Source: a bacterium (GTDB lineage Bacteria; Zhuqueibacterota; Zhuqueibacteria; Residuimicrobiales; Krinioviventaceae). Taken from it: a DNA stretch of 64,000 bases. Numbering within the stretch: the stretch's first letter is position 1; every line of letters starts with the position of its first letter. Of this stretch, positions 18,823 to 27,132 are shown one piece after another. Under the pieces are notes generated by a model. It ran no database searches. It was not told where the DNA came from and saw only the letters and a list, made by a program, of their open reading frames with translations. A program made the position numbers and the translations under genes. The stretch lies in the NCBI GenBank assembly GCA_963693055.1, contig OY843751.1, forward strand, positions 2,976,001 to 3,040,000. The letters run 5' to 3'.

Positions 18823-19578
18823 TTACTTAATTGATTCATCTCGCTCTTGGTTCCATTTTACCCAATCAAGCGCAGTATCAACTTCCTCGTCAATTTTTGA
18901 TTTTGCAAATTTTCCATCGGGCCGAACTGTAACTTGAAAACCTTGTACAATCCTAACCCATTCTTCCAGAGTAACCTCAAACGGAGGTGGTATCTCATAA
19001 GGACCCGGTACCTCTACGGGTTTTAAACTGTGCGTTTGAGGTACATTAGCTACAGGATTCCAATAAGAGTTGGGACCAACATCAACCGCACCCTGGTAAA
19101 CGCTACAAGTCGTAGATTTATCAGAATCAATTCTAAATATTGTCCCGCGCACCGCACAAACTGCTGTTGGTGTTTTAACCTGAAATCCCGCTTTCTTGTT
19201 TGTTTCAGGATTAATATTTAACCAAATTTTACCTTTCAGTAATTCTGATTTTGATTTACTGGTATTTTCTTTTATTGTAATAGATGTAAAAACAAATTCA
19301 GATTGTTCACCAATTCTGACAAGACTATTATCAGTCAAAATTACTTCACAACGAGATTCTTTAGCCGTTTTTATCTTGTCTGTCTCAAATACCATTTGAC
19401 CCATTTGAGCGTCTTGCCACTCATCTGAATCATGTTGAATTTGCACATCGTTACCTTGTCCTATGATAAATGTTATTTCACCAATGCTTTCAGGTTCAGC
19501 AAGTATCAAATTACTGAAAATAATGAAGAATAAAAAAAGGACAATAACTATTCCAATTTTGGACATATATTGTTTCAT
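18823..19578 (-). CDS. FecR-domain periplasmic protein
   Basis: N-terminal TM/signal; DKIKT...SRCEVILTDNSLVRIGEQS and VKTPTAVCAVRGTIF FecR motifs. Confidence 0.82.
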   Translation of the reverse strand: MKQYMSKIGIVIVLFLFFIIFSNLILAEPESIGEITFIIGQGNDVQIQHDSDEWQDAQMGQMVFETDKIKTAKESRCEVILTDNSLVRIGEQSEFVFTSITIKENTSKSKSELLKGKIWLNINPETNKKAGFQVKTPTAVCAVRGTIFRIDSDKSTTCSVYQGAVDVGPNSYWNPVANVPQTHSLKPVEVPGPYEIPPPFEVTLEEWVRIVQGFQVTVRPDGKFAKSKIDEEVDTALDWVKWNQERDESIK

Positions 19579-19656
19579 AAAGACCTCATTTTAGGGCAAT
19601 ATGAATTAATTTTAAATTTAGGCATTTATCCGCACAAAAAAAAGCAAAATTAAAAT

Positions 19657-19697
19657 AAAAAAAGGAGAAGGTTTTAGAATAAAAAAGCCTTCTCCTT
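19657..19697 (-). terminator. Intrinsic terminator ending the LPP20-TPR/SLH-FlgT-CsgG operon
   Basis: Minus strand AAGGAGAAGG...CCTTCTCC followed by T7. Confidence 0.7.
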
Positions 19698-19720
19698 CTA
19701 TCATGAATCTTGGAAAAATT

Positions 19721-20635
19721 CTATTCCATTCTAACAATATCATTTCGATCAAAGCCGCTTCCGCTAACAACACTACAAACGGATGCTTTACCATTACCAA
19801 TACCATTATTTGTTACTTTGATAGAACCAATTTTGGTTTCAGTAGAACCTAACGAGATTCCCAAATCAGGATCAATCAATTCTTCACCAGCGCGATATAC
19901 CTGCAACACATCTCCAACCTGTAAACCGGCTTCGGCACCAGCATTGATGTAGATTTGTGCTCCACCTTTAATAACTTTGGCTTGCCAAGGCAGATTTTCA
20001 GCGGCTGCATTACACAATTCTACAATTGAATCAATTGCTTCACGCGTTGCTTTTCCAACAATTGATTCATCAAACTTGTGACGGTTGTCAAAACGAAAAT
20101 CGTCAGTGTTAACTTTTAAACCCTTTTTAGATTTTTCTTTGCGAACCGATTCTGCTGAAACAATCTCACCAGTCGTTGTATTAACAAAACGGACATCAAC
20201 GGCAACAGTTGCGCTTGTGCTTTTAACGCCTAATCCAAATCCTTTCAGGCTGCCACCTGTACTTTGTTCAGCATAACCAAATTCAGTTACTGAACCAAAA
20301 ATGGCAAGCTCAACACCAAGCACTTTGCCTACCTGAGCGGCACTTTCAGGAGTTACAACGCCACTCATACCCATGGATTGTTCTTTTAACAGTTGTTCCA
20401 TTTCCTGACGTTCCATTACAGAAAATTTACCTGTTTTAACCAATTCGGTTACGAGCATATCTGCCATACCTTCGCCAACAGGCTGACCAGTCCACCAGTG
20501 ATAACTATGCCCTGATTTATCTTCAAAACTAAAAACAGCTACTCGTTTTTTCAGTTGAGCAGAATATACTCCACTTACTGAAGACAGTAAAATAACAATT
20601 AATAAAAATAAAATGATAGTAAAACGATTTCTCAT
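19721..20635 (-). CDS. CsgG/HfaB-family protein with FlgT C-terminal-like domain
   Basis: KRVAVFSF..GMADMLVTELVKTGKFSVMER..LLKEQ..GSVTEF; C-terminal IYINAG..GLQVGD.L.V; start refined to ATG 20635 (AAAGGG RBS). Confidence 0.8.
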   Translation of the reverse strand: MRNRFTIILFLLIVILLSSVSGVYSAQLKKRVAVFSFEDKSGHSYHWWTGQPVGEGMADMLVTELVKTGKFSVMERQEMEQLLKEQSMGMSGVVTPESAAQVGKVLGVELAIFGSVTEFGYAEQSTGGSLKGFGLGVKSTSATVAVDVRFVNTTTGEIVSAESVRKEKSKKGLKVNTDDFRFDNRHKFDESIVGKATREAIDSIVELCNAAAENLPWQAKVIKGGAQIYINAGAEAGLQVGDVLQVYRAGEELIDPDLGISLGSTETKIGSIKVTNNGIGNGKASVCSVVSGSGFDRNDIVRME

Positions 20636-20654
20636 TACCATACCCTTTAATTTT

Positions 20655-21875
20655 TTATTCAATAGTTGCAGGTGTTTGCGCTTGTTCTAAAGAGTGTTTA
20701 ACCACTCGAACTGTAACTTTATTAGCAGTTGCATTTGAGACAGCTAATTTATATTCACCCATATCACGCTGGTCAAGTTCACGTGCCAATTGTTCAGCAT
20801 TGCCAGAAATTTGAATATCATATTCAGCCATCCCTTCAGCAACATTTCTTTGAAATATATTTTTGACACCTCTGGTGGTAAATTGCAAAGCATTCTTGAA
20901 ATTCGATGCTTCTGTAAAATTGTCAACACCGGTTACAATCAATTTCAAAGAATTAAGATCATAAAAACGGCTGCGCCATTTTTCCAAAATTTTTGTTATC
21001 AATTCATCAGACAAGGCTGTTGCGGCTTTTTGGATTGCCATGGTACCACCGGTAACTTCATCAATATGCGGATAAGCAGCATGTTTACTGCCGGTTGCTA
21101 TAATTGTACCCACATCTGCATCTATTACTCTTGCAGTTAGATTTGCCTGGCAGGATTTCATTCCACCCAGATTAATTCCTGTTGCAACTTTTGCAATAGC
21201 TTTGCCTGTAACAACAACTTCTGCATCAAGATTATTTGCAATAGATTTGGCAGCTTTAGCGTCACCATTTATTGCAGCTAAAATTGAATCACGTTCTCTA
21301 TTCTGCCGCACAGTCATGGGATCAACAACATCAAAGCCTTTTTCAATAAATTTATTGATCATGGCCGTTTCAGATGCTGTCATATCAACTTGAAAATAAT
21401 GATATCTGTCAGTAGATTGTCCAATATTCTGCTCATCAATTAACATCATTACTCTGGGATTCCCCATACTGGAAATTAAATTCTGAACAGCAGTTGCATC
21501 GCTGGATAGATTTGCCATATCAACAGTTGCTTGAATTACAACTTCATAAGTATCAGGTGTTTTTTTACTTTCAGATAAAACCTGATAATTTTTTACATAT
21601 CCACGGCTCCAACTGAGAATACGATCTTCAACAACCATATAATTCTCAACTTTGGTTTGCGCGTCAATACATGTACCCAAAGTCTGTTCAACTGCTTTAC
21701 GTAAAGCATCATCAATTGCTCTGTCTCTTGCAGCACCAACGTCGTTATACATAATACCACCTACGCCAATACTCTGCACAGTTTGCATAGGTGAGCCGTT
21801 ATATCCTTGTGCGAAAAGTAAAGATACAGCTAAAAAAATTGAAATAACTGTAATTTTGAAAATATCTTTTTTCAC
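20655..21875 (-). CDS. FlgT N-terminal-domain protein
   Basis: Signal peptide; ARDRAIDDALRKAVEQ..G..I FlgT_N-like pattern, then a CsgG/TolB_N-like middle domain; GTG start 21875 with GGAGA RBS. Confidence 0.72.
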   Translation of the reverse strand: MKKDIFKITVISIFLAVSLLFAQGYNGSPMQTVQSIGVGGIMYNDVGAARDRAIDDALRKAVEQTLGTCIDAQTKVENYMVVEDRILSWSRGYVKNYQVLSESKKTPDTYEVVIQATVDMANLSSDATAVQNLISSMGNPRVMMLIDEQNIGQSTDRYHYFQVDMTASETAMINKFIEKGFDVVDPMTVRQNRERDSILAAINGDAKAAKSIANNLDAEVVVTGKAIAKVATGINLGGMKSCQANLTARVIDADVGTIIATGSKHAAYPHIDEVTGGTMAIQKAATALSDELITKILEKWRSRFYDLNSLKLIVTGVDNFTEASNFKNALQFTTRGVKNIFQRNVAEGMAEYDIQISGNAEQLARELDQRDMGEYKLAVSNATANKVTVRVVKHSLEQAQTPATIE

Positions 21876-21900
21876 AGTTAAATCTCCAATAGAAAGTGAA

Positions 21901-21918
21901 GGGCGGAAAAATCCGCCC
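21901..21918 (-). terminator. Intra-operonic hairpin (weak terminator or mRNA stabiliser)
   Basis: GGGCGGA-tttt-TCCGCCC followed by TTCACTTTC on the minus strand. Confidence 0.45.
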
Positions 21919-21923
21919 ATTTA

Positions 21924-23078
21924 TTAAAAAGTCATACGGAGTGCGTTTTGAAAATCACGGATAATCAATAAAGCATCAGCACCCGAAACTTTGTCGTTCA
22001 TATTGAACGCACCAGTCATCTTGTCTGCACTCATGATACCACGATCAACAGTCAAACAAATTGCATTATAGGCAAAGTGTGAAGGGTTAACATCCGGAAA
22101 TCTGGATTGTGTACCTATATATTTTGTAGCTAGTGACTCATCCCCTGTTGCCATGATCAAAATATCCTGGATCATTCTTGCATAATTGGAACGTGTAACT
22201 TTTTCATCAGGACGGAATGTATGATCAGGATATACATCCATACCTTTAACATCAATAATATCCTGTATCCAATTTTTGGCCCAATGACTATCAATATCAG
22301 TAACTTCTGCCATTTGTGTTGTTTGAAAAGTCTGCATCTGAGTTGGGTCATCCGGAGCTTTAAAGCCGGTATCGTATTGTTTAGGACGTTTTTTGTCGAT
22401 AATTTCTAAAAGTTTCAATTCTTCCATAAATAATACTGCAAGATCTGCTCTATCAATTTCTTTGATCAGGGCAATTTTGGCGCCAACCTTTGTACCAGGT
22501 GCAGCACGAACAATCTTTTGAACAAGCTCCCACTGTTCGTTCGCTTGCTTTGCATATTCACCCTTTTTAGCTACTACATCTTGAAATGCATCTTCAGCAT
22601 CTCTGAATTGATATGCATTCTTTAATGCAATACCTTTATAATAGGTGGGTTTGTCACTTTCGGGATTTATTTCCAAAGCTTTATCAAATTCCTTGATTGC
22701 ATCTTTTAACCAATCGTCTCCTTTATGTTCTGCAACATAAACACGACCCTTAATGACCCGAGCATCCAAAGATTTTTTGTTTTTGTCAATGCCTTTATCT
22801 GCAAAATCATGGGCTTTTTTAAAGTCAGCACGATACGCCCAAACCAGTGCTAAACCTGAATAACCTTCTGCATATTCAGGATCAAGCCCAATAGCTTTAT
22901 TAAACTCTGCTTCAGCATCATTTAAATTGCCACGTTCAAGCTCACGCATTCCCTGATTGTAGTGATTATCAGGAGTATCTAGTACAGATTGAGGTGGAAC
23001 CGGTTTTGGTCCACAGCCTACAGATAAAAGAGTAAATCCAATCAAGATACTGAAAAGTATCAATCCTTTTTTTAACAT
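21924..23078 (-). CDS. TPR lipoprotein with C-terminal S-layer homology (SLH) domains
   Basis: Lipobox LSVGC; several TPRs; SLH motifs TDIDSHWA..I...GMDVYPDHTFRPDEKVTR and FPDVNPSHFAYNAI...RGIM. Confidence 0.82.
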   Translation of the reverse strand: MLKKGLILFSILIGFTLLSVGCGPKPVPPQSVLDTPDNHYNQGMRELERGNLNDAEAEFNKAIGLDPEYAEGYSGLALVWAYRADFKKAHDFADKGIDKNKKSLDARVIKGRVYVAEHKGDDWLKDAIKEFDKALEINPESDKPTYYKGIALKNAYQFRDAEDAFQDVVAKKGEYAKQANEQWELVQKIVRAAPGTKVGAKIALIKEIDRADLAVLFMEELKLLEIIDKKRPKQYDTGFKAPDDPTQMQTFQTTQMAEVTDIDSHWAKNWIQDIIDVKGMDVYPDHTFRPDEKVTRSNYARMIQDILIMATGDESLATKYIGTQSRFPDVNPSHFAYNAICLTVDRGIMSADKMTGAFNMNDKVSGADALLIIRDFQNALRMTF

Positions 23079-23122
23079 TACCAGCTCTCCAAATTTTATC
23101 TCAATAACCGAATAATTGCTAC

Positions 23123-24052
23123 TTAATCCACGATAAACATAACTTTACATTTATCTAAAAAGTTTTGGTTCGCAGCTGCATTTCTTATATTTGCCGCATC
23201 ATTGTTTGATACAACAATATCAGCTTTATTTGCACCCGAAGCACGCAAACCTTTAACAACCATGGGATTATTGGTTACACGATCATTAGTTTTAGCCTGG
23301 TTGACATTTTTATCATAACCAACCATACCAATTTGTACGGCCCAGTCTCGGCTAACATACTTTGAGCCATATACTTCTTCACCAGTTTCATCAACAATTT
23401 TGGGTGCCATTGCAGGACGAACGCCCAAACCTTTTGCATCAATTACCAGACCAGTAAAAACACCACCAGCTGCTTGTCCACTTGTAGAAGCAGGACCTTG
23501 TCCAGGGTTCACAGGAGTAATTAATTTGTAGCCTGCTGGTACAGGTTTGTCAATTGGCCACAATTGTCCGTAACCTCCTTGACCGGCTGCACCAGCGGAA
23601 ACAGGTGTACCGCCCATTTGCTGAGGCAAAACAGCATCCAATAAAGCACCTGTAATAGGCATTTCTACGGTTACTTCAATATCACCTGTAGACATGTACT
23701 TTGTGTCGACTATGGTAAAATTACTTACAACACCCTGTACACGTGTATTGATGACATCATTTTCAACCATAGCATTGCGAATTGTTGTTTCCGAGGAAAG
23801 TGTCATGCCGCGTACAGTTTCGAGAAGATTTCTCAAAGCTACTCGTTTAGCAGCTTCAATAGCTCCTGCTCGCTGTGCAGCTTGTGGCATATTGGGATTA
23901 GGAGCACCAATACCAGTAGATCTAACAACCTGTGATGACCAGTCAACATTTCCCGCATCCCCAATGGGTTGATTAACATATTGAGAAAATGCAGGTCCGG
24001 AAATTAAGAATAACACTGACACAATCAGCATTATTGAATATTTAACTTTCAT
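23123..24052 (-). CDS. LPP20/FlgP-like periplasmic protein
   Basis: Signal peptide; STGIG..AIEAAKRVALRNLLETVRGM.LSSETT..V.GVV; C-terminal TGLVIDAKG..PAMAPKI domain; AAGGAGG RBS. Confidence 0.75.
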   Translation of the reverse strand: MKVKYSIMLIVSVLFLISGPAFSQYVNQPIGDAGNVDWSSQVVRSTGIGAPNPNMPQAAQRAGAIEAAKRVALRNLLETVRGMTLSSETTIRNAMVENDVINTRVQGVVSNFTIVDTKYMSTGDIEVTVEMPITGALLDAVLPQQMGGTPVSAGAAGQGGYGQLWPIDKPVPAGYKLITPVNPGQGPASTSGQAAGGVFTGLVIDAKGLGVRPAMAPKIVDETGEEVYGSKYVSRDWAVQIGMVGYDKNVNQAKTNDRVTNNPMVVKGLRASGANKADIVVSNNDAANIRNAAANQNFLDKCKVMFIVD

Positions 24053-24125
24053 TAGTACCCTCCTTGATCAAACATAACTTAATTGCTGAGGTCGGTAAAT
24101 ATTACGCATTTAATTAATTGGTGCA

Positions 24126-24141
24126 GGTGATAATCGTCACA
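24126..24141. promoter_or_regulatory. CRP/FNR-family-like binding site
   Basis: GGTGA-taatcg-TCACA (9/10 to TGTGA-N6-TCACA), about 75-90 nt upstream of the LPP20-like gene. Confidence 0.4.
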
Positions 24142-24338
24142 AAAACTTTTTATTTTGAAAATAGTTTGTAGCTGCATAATTAACAATATAATAATCCCAA
24201 GTATTTCATTTCGGAGCAAATTAGTCAAGATAGCCTTAATTGTCAAGTTATATTTGCATTTATCTTATTTTTTTGTAATTTAGGTTCAGTAATTGGGTTA
24301 TTAATCGATCAATATTCAATATAATTTTGGAGGATTTT

Positions 24339-25601
24339 ATGGCAGATCGTTTGGGTGTTGGTTTTGTAGGCGCAGGATTCAATACCAACTTTCATATTAG
24401 ATCATGGATTGGTGTCCGGGAAGCTGACATATTAGGAATTGCTGATCCCAATCTTGAGCGTGCAAAGTTTTCAGCTGATGAATGTAGACGTTTACGGGTG
24501 GGTGATCCTCAAGTATATTCAGATGTTTCTGAAATGGTACTTGACCCTAAAATTGACGCAATTTTTATTTGTTCTCCTAATTTTACCCGCTTGGATGTAA
24601 TGGAAAAAATAACAGAGGCAGTAAAAAGTGGTAAAGCCACGTTAAAGGGCATTGCTTGTGAAAAGCCGTTGGCCCGTACTGTTGCCGATGCACAAAAAAT
24701 GCTAGATATGGTAAATGAAATTGGTGTATTGCATGGATATCTGGAAAACCAGGTCTTTTCCCCCTCTGTTGTTAGAGGCCGTGATATTATTTGGGCACGT
24801 GGAGCCAAAGTTGCAGGTCGTCCTTATCTTGCCAGATGTGCAGAAGAACATGCAGGACCTCATGAACCCTGGTTTTGGAGTGGTGAAAGACAAGGCGGCG
24901 GTGTGTTAAATGATATGATGTGTCATAGCATTGAAGCTGCCAGATTCCTGCTGACAGATCCGACCAAACCTAAAGATTTTATCAGACCTGTATCAGTAAA
25001 CGCGGAAATTGCTACACTAAAGTGGTCAAGACCAGAATATATTAAAATTTTAAAAGAAATGTCAAATGGCTCTGTAGATTACGCCAAAACACCGGCTGAA
25101 GATTTTGCCCGTGCAAATATCAACTTTGAAGATCAGGATGGCAATATATCTGTTGCAGAGGTTACAACATCCTGGAGTTTTATGGGTCCGGGACTTCGAC
25201 TTTCATTTGAATTAATTGGACCTGAATATTACATGCAGGCTAACTCATTGGAACCCGATCTACATGTCTTCTTTAGTAGAAATGTAAAAGGTGATGAAGG
25301 CGAAGACCTGGTTGAAAAACAATCTGCCGAACAAGGACTCATGCCTGTTGTTTCTTCTGAAGGAATTGTTTACGGTTATACCGATGAAGATCGTTATATG
25401 GCTCAATGTTTTATTGATGGAAAAATGCCGGAAGAAAACTGGAACGATGGATTGTTGGTTACACAGCTGCTTATGACGGCATATAAATCCAGTGAATTGA
25501 GTAAAAAGATTGCATTTGAACCTGAAAAAGTTGTAGATTTTGTTCCCAAGGTTGCGCAGGGAACTTATAAAACAAGTGATGTTTTAAATACAGCCAGTTA
25601 A
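24339..25601 (+). CDS. Cytoplasmic Gfo/Idh/MocA oxidoreductase
   Basis: GVGFVGAG, ACEKPLA, GGGVLNDMMCH; ATG 24339 with GGAGGA RBS. Confidence 0.88.
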   Translation: MADRLGVGFVGAGFNTNFHIRSWIGVREADILGIADPNLERAKFSADECRRLRVGDPQVYSDVSEMVLDPKIDAIFICSPNFTRLDVMEKITEAVKSGKATLKGIACEKPLARTVADAQKMLDMVNEIGVLHGYLENQVFSPSVVRGRDIIWARGAKVAGRPYLARCAEEHAGPHEPWFWSGERQGGGVLNDMMCHSIEAARFLLTDPTKPKDFIRPVSVNAEIATLKWSRPEYIKILKEMSNGSVDYAKTPAEDFARANINFEDQDGNISVAEVTTSWSFMGPGLRLSFELIGPEYYMQANSLEPDLHVFFSRNVKGDEGEDLVEKQSAEQGLMPVVSSEGIVYGYTDEDRYMAQCFIDGKMPEENWNDGLLVTQLLMTAYKSSELSKKIAFEPEKVVDFVPKVAQGTYKTSDVLNTAS

Positions 25602-25605
25602 TTAA

Positions 25606-25640
25606 TTTTCAGGAACGGGAAAACCTCCCGTTCCTGAAAA
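25606..25640. terminator. Strong 15-bp stem-loop downstream of the oxidoreductase
   Basis: TTTTCAGGAACGGGA-aaacc-TCCCGTTCCTGAAAA; no 3' U-tract in either orientation, so non-canonical. Confidence 0.5.
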
Positions 25641-25655
25641 AAAACTAAAGTTATA

Positions 25656-25679
25656 GAACTTTTACATAACTTGTCCGTT
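25656..25679 (+). promoter_or_regulatory. ECF-type autoregulatory promoter
   Basis: GAAC-N16-CGTT directly upstream of the ECF sigma gene. Confidence 0.6.
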
Positions 25680-25705
25680 GTTTTAATTGAAGAGCAAAAG
25701 CGCGA

Positions 25706-26266
25706 ATGAATCAGGAACAACTTGAATCAGTAATAAAATTAGCTCAACAGGGTGATCAAAAAGCCTTGGGTGAATTGATTGATACATTCGCAGAATCCGT
25801 ACATGGTTTCATCTACCACATTATTGGTAGACGTAACGATGTTGAGGATCTCGCTCAGGATACATTTATTAAAATGATATCCGGTATAAATTATTATCAA
25901 CCCAAAGCCCCATTCAGGGCTTGGCTCTTTCGCATTACTCTGAATGTATGCAGAGATTACATGCGTAAGAAAAAAGTTAGAAACATTGTTTCATTTATCA
26001 CTCAGGATTATAATGATGAAAAAGATATTGTTATTAGCGATTCTTCTCCCAATCCTGAAAAAGAAATGATAATTAAAGATTCGATGGAACAATTAGAAAA
26101 AGCGGTACAACAATTGCCATATCCATTGAAAACAGTTTTTTTGTTACGTGACGTTCAGGAATTATCTTATGAAGAAATTGCTGAAACGTTAAACTGGCAA
26201 TTAGGTACCGTTAAATCAAGGTTATTCAGGGCAAGAAATGAAATTGCTCAATTATTAAATACTTGA
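25706..26266 (+). CDS. ECF RNA polymerase sigma factor
   Basis: EDLAQDTFIK, FRAWLFRI..N.CRD (region 2); LSYEEIAE...GTVKSRLFRAR (region 4). Confidence 0.95.
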   Translation: MNQEQLESVIKLAQQGDQKALGELIDTFAESVHGFIYHIIGRRNDVEDLAQDTFIKMISGINYYQPKAPFRAWLFRITLNVCRDYMRKKKVRNIVSFITQDYNDEKDIVISDSSPNPEKEMIIKDSMEQLEKAVQQLPYPLKTVFLLRDVQELSYEEIAETLNWQLGTVKSRLFRARNEIAQLLNT

Positions 26267-26278
26267 AGGAAATATAGT

Positions 26279-26677
26279 ATGAAACGTTTTATAAAAAAAA
26301 TGTTTGCAAACTATGACCGAATGAACGACGAAAATTTCTCAAATCCGAATGAGCAAACAAAAGAAATTATAGAACAAGCAAAAGCTTTGCGTAACTATAC
26401 CGTCTCACCCTATTTCACTCAAAAAGTTTTAGCAAACGCAAAAACAAGGAATCAAGAGGTTTGGGATTATTTGAACTTTTTACCCCAATCTAAAATGCGA
26501 TTGGCGATGGCTGCCTTGATTCTTTTAATTTTCACTGTTGTTAACATTCCTGTTCAAGATCAGGAATCTGGTATAGCTCAAGCTAGTACAGATTTACAAT
26601 TTATTGTCAGCGGTGTGACTACTACTATTAACCTTGATACCAATGACCAGGTATTACAATTCGCACTCTCGGAATAG
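26279..26677 (+). CDS. Putative membrane anti-sigma factor
   Basis: Directly follows the ECF gene; single TM helix LAMAALILLIFTVV. Confidence 0.6.
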   Translation: MKRFIKKMFANYDRMNDENFSNPNEQTKEIIEQAKALRNYTVSPYFTQKVLANAKTRNQEVWDYLNFLPQSKMRLAMAALILLIFTVVNIPVQDQESGIAQASTDLQFIVSGVTTTINLDTNDQVLQFALSE

Positions 26678-26696
26678 TAAGCAGGAGCAATTAAAA

Positions 26697-27119
26697 ATGC
26701 TAAGATCTCAAAAAACGGCAATAACCAGTTTGGTTCTTGTTTTTTTGTTCGGTATTTTTTGCGGTATCGCATCGGAAAGGTTTGTTTTTAATAAAATCGA
26801 CAGACAGCACAAAAAGCGCCGTGAATCTTTGGAACAAAAATTCACAAGAGAGTTGGAACTGAATGAAGACCAGGTTGTACAACTTAAAACATTGTTTAAA
26901 GAAACAAAAAAGAAACACCATGATATTCGTAAATTGACTGATTCAATGTATGACAGTGTTCGTGTAGACTTTGATATGCAATTAAACGGATTTTTGGATC
27001 AAGATCAGCAATTAAAATTCGCTCAGCTTCAGGAAGAATGGAGACAACGGAAAGAAAAAGAACGACTTGAAAAAGAAGCCAGAGATAAAAAAAGAAAAGA
27101 AAAAGCTGAGAGAAATTAA
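26697..27119 (+). CDS. Spy/CpxP-like periplasmic helical protein
   Basis: N-terminal TM (LVFLFGIFCG), ELELNEDQ and LDQDQQ LTxxQ-like motifs; ATG 26697 with AGGAG RBS. Confidence 0.65.
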   Translation: MLRSQKTAITSLVLVFLFGIFCGIASERFVFNKIDRQHKKRRESLEQKFTRELELNEDQVVQLKTLFKETKKKHHDIRKLTDSMYDSVRVDFDMQLNGFLDQDQQLKFAQLQEEWRQRKEKERLEKEARDKKRKEKAERN

Positions 27120-27132
27120 ATCGTTATTGAAA

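Noticed and set aside
19721-20635. Curli biogenesis locus
   Set aside because: No curlin-repeat subunit and no csgE/csgF-like genes in the window.
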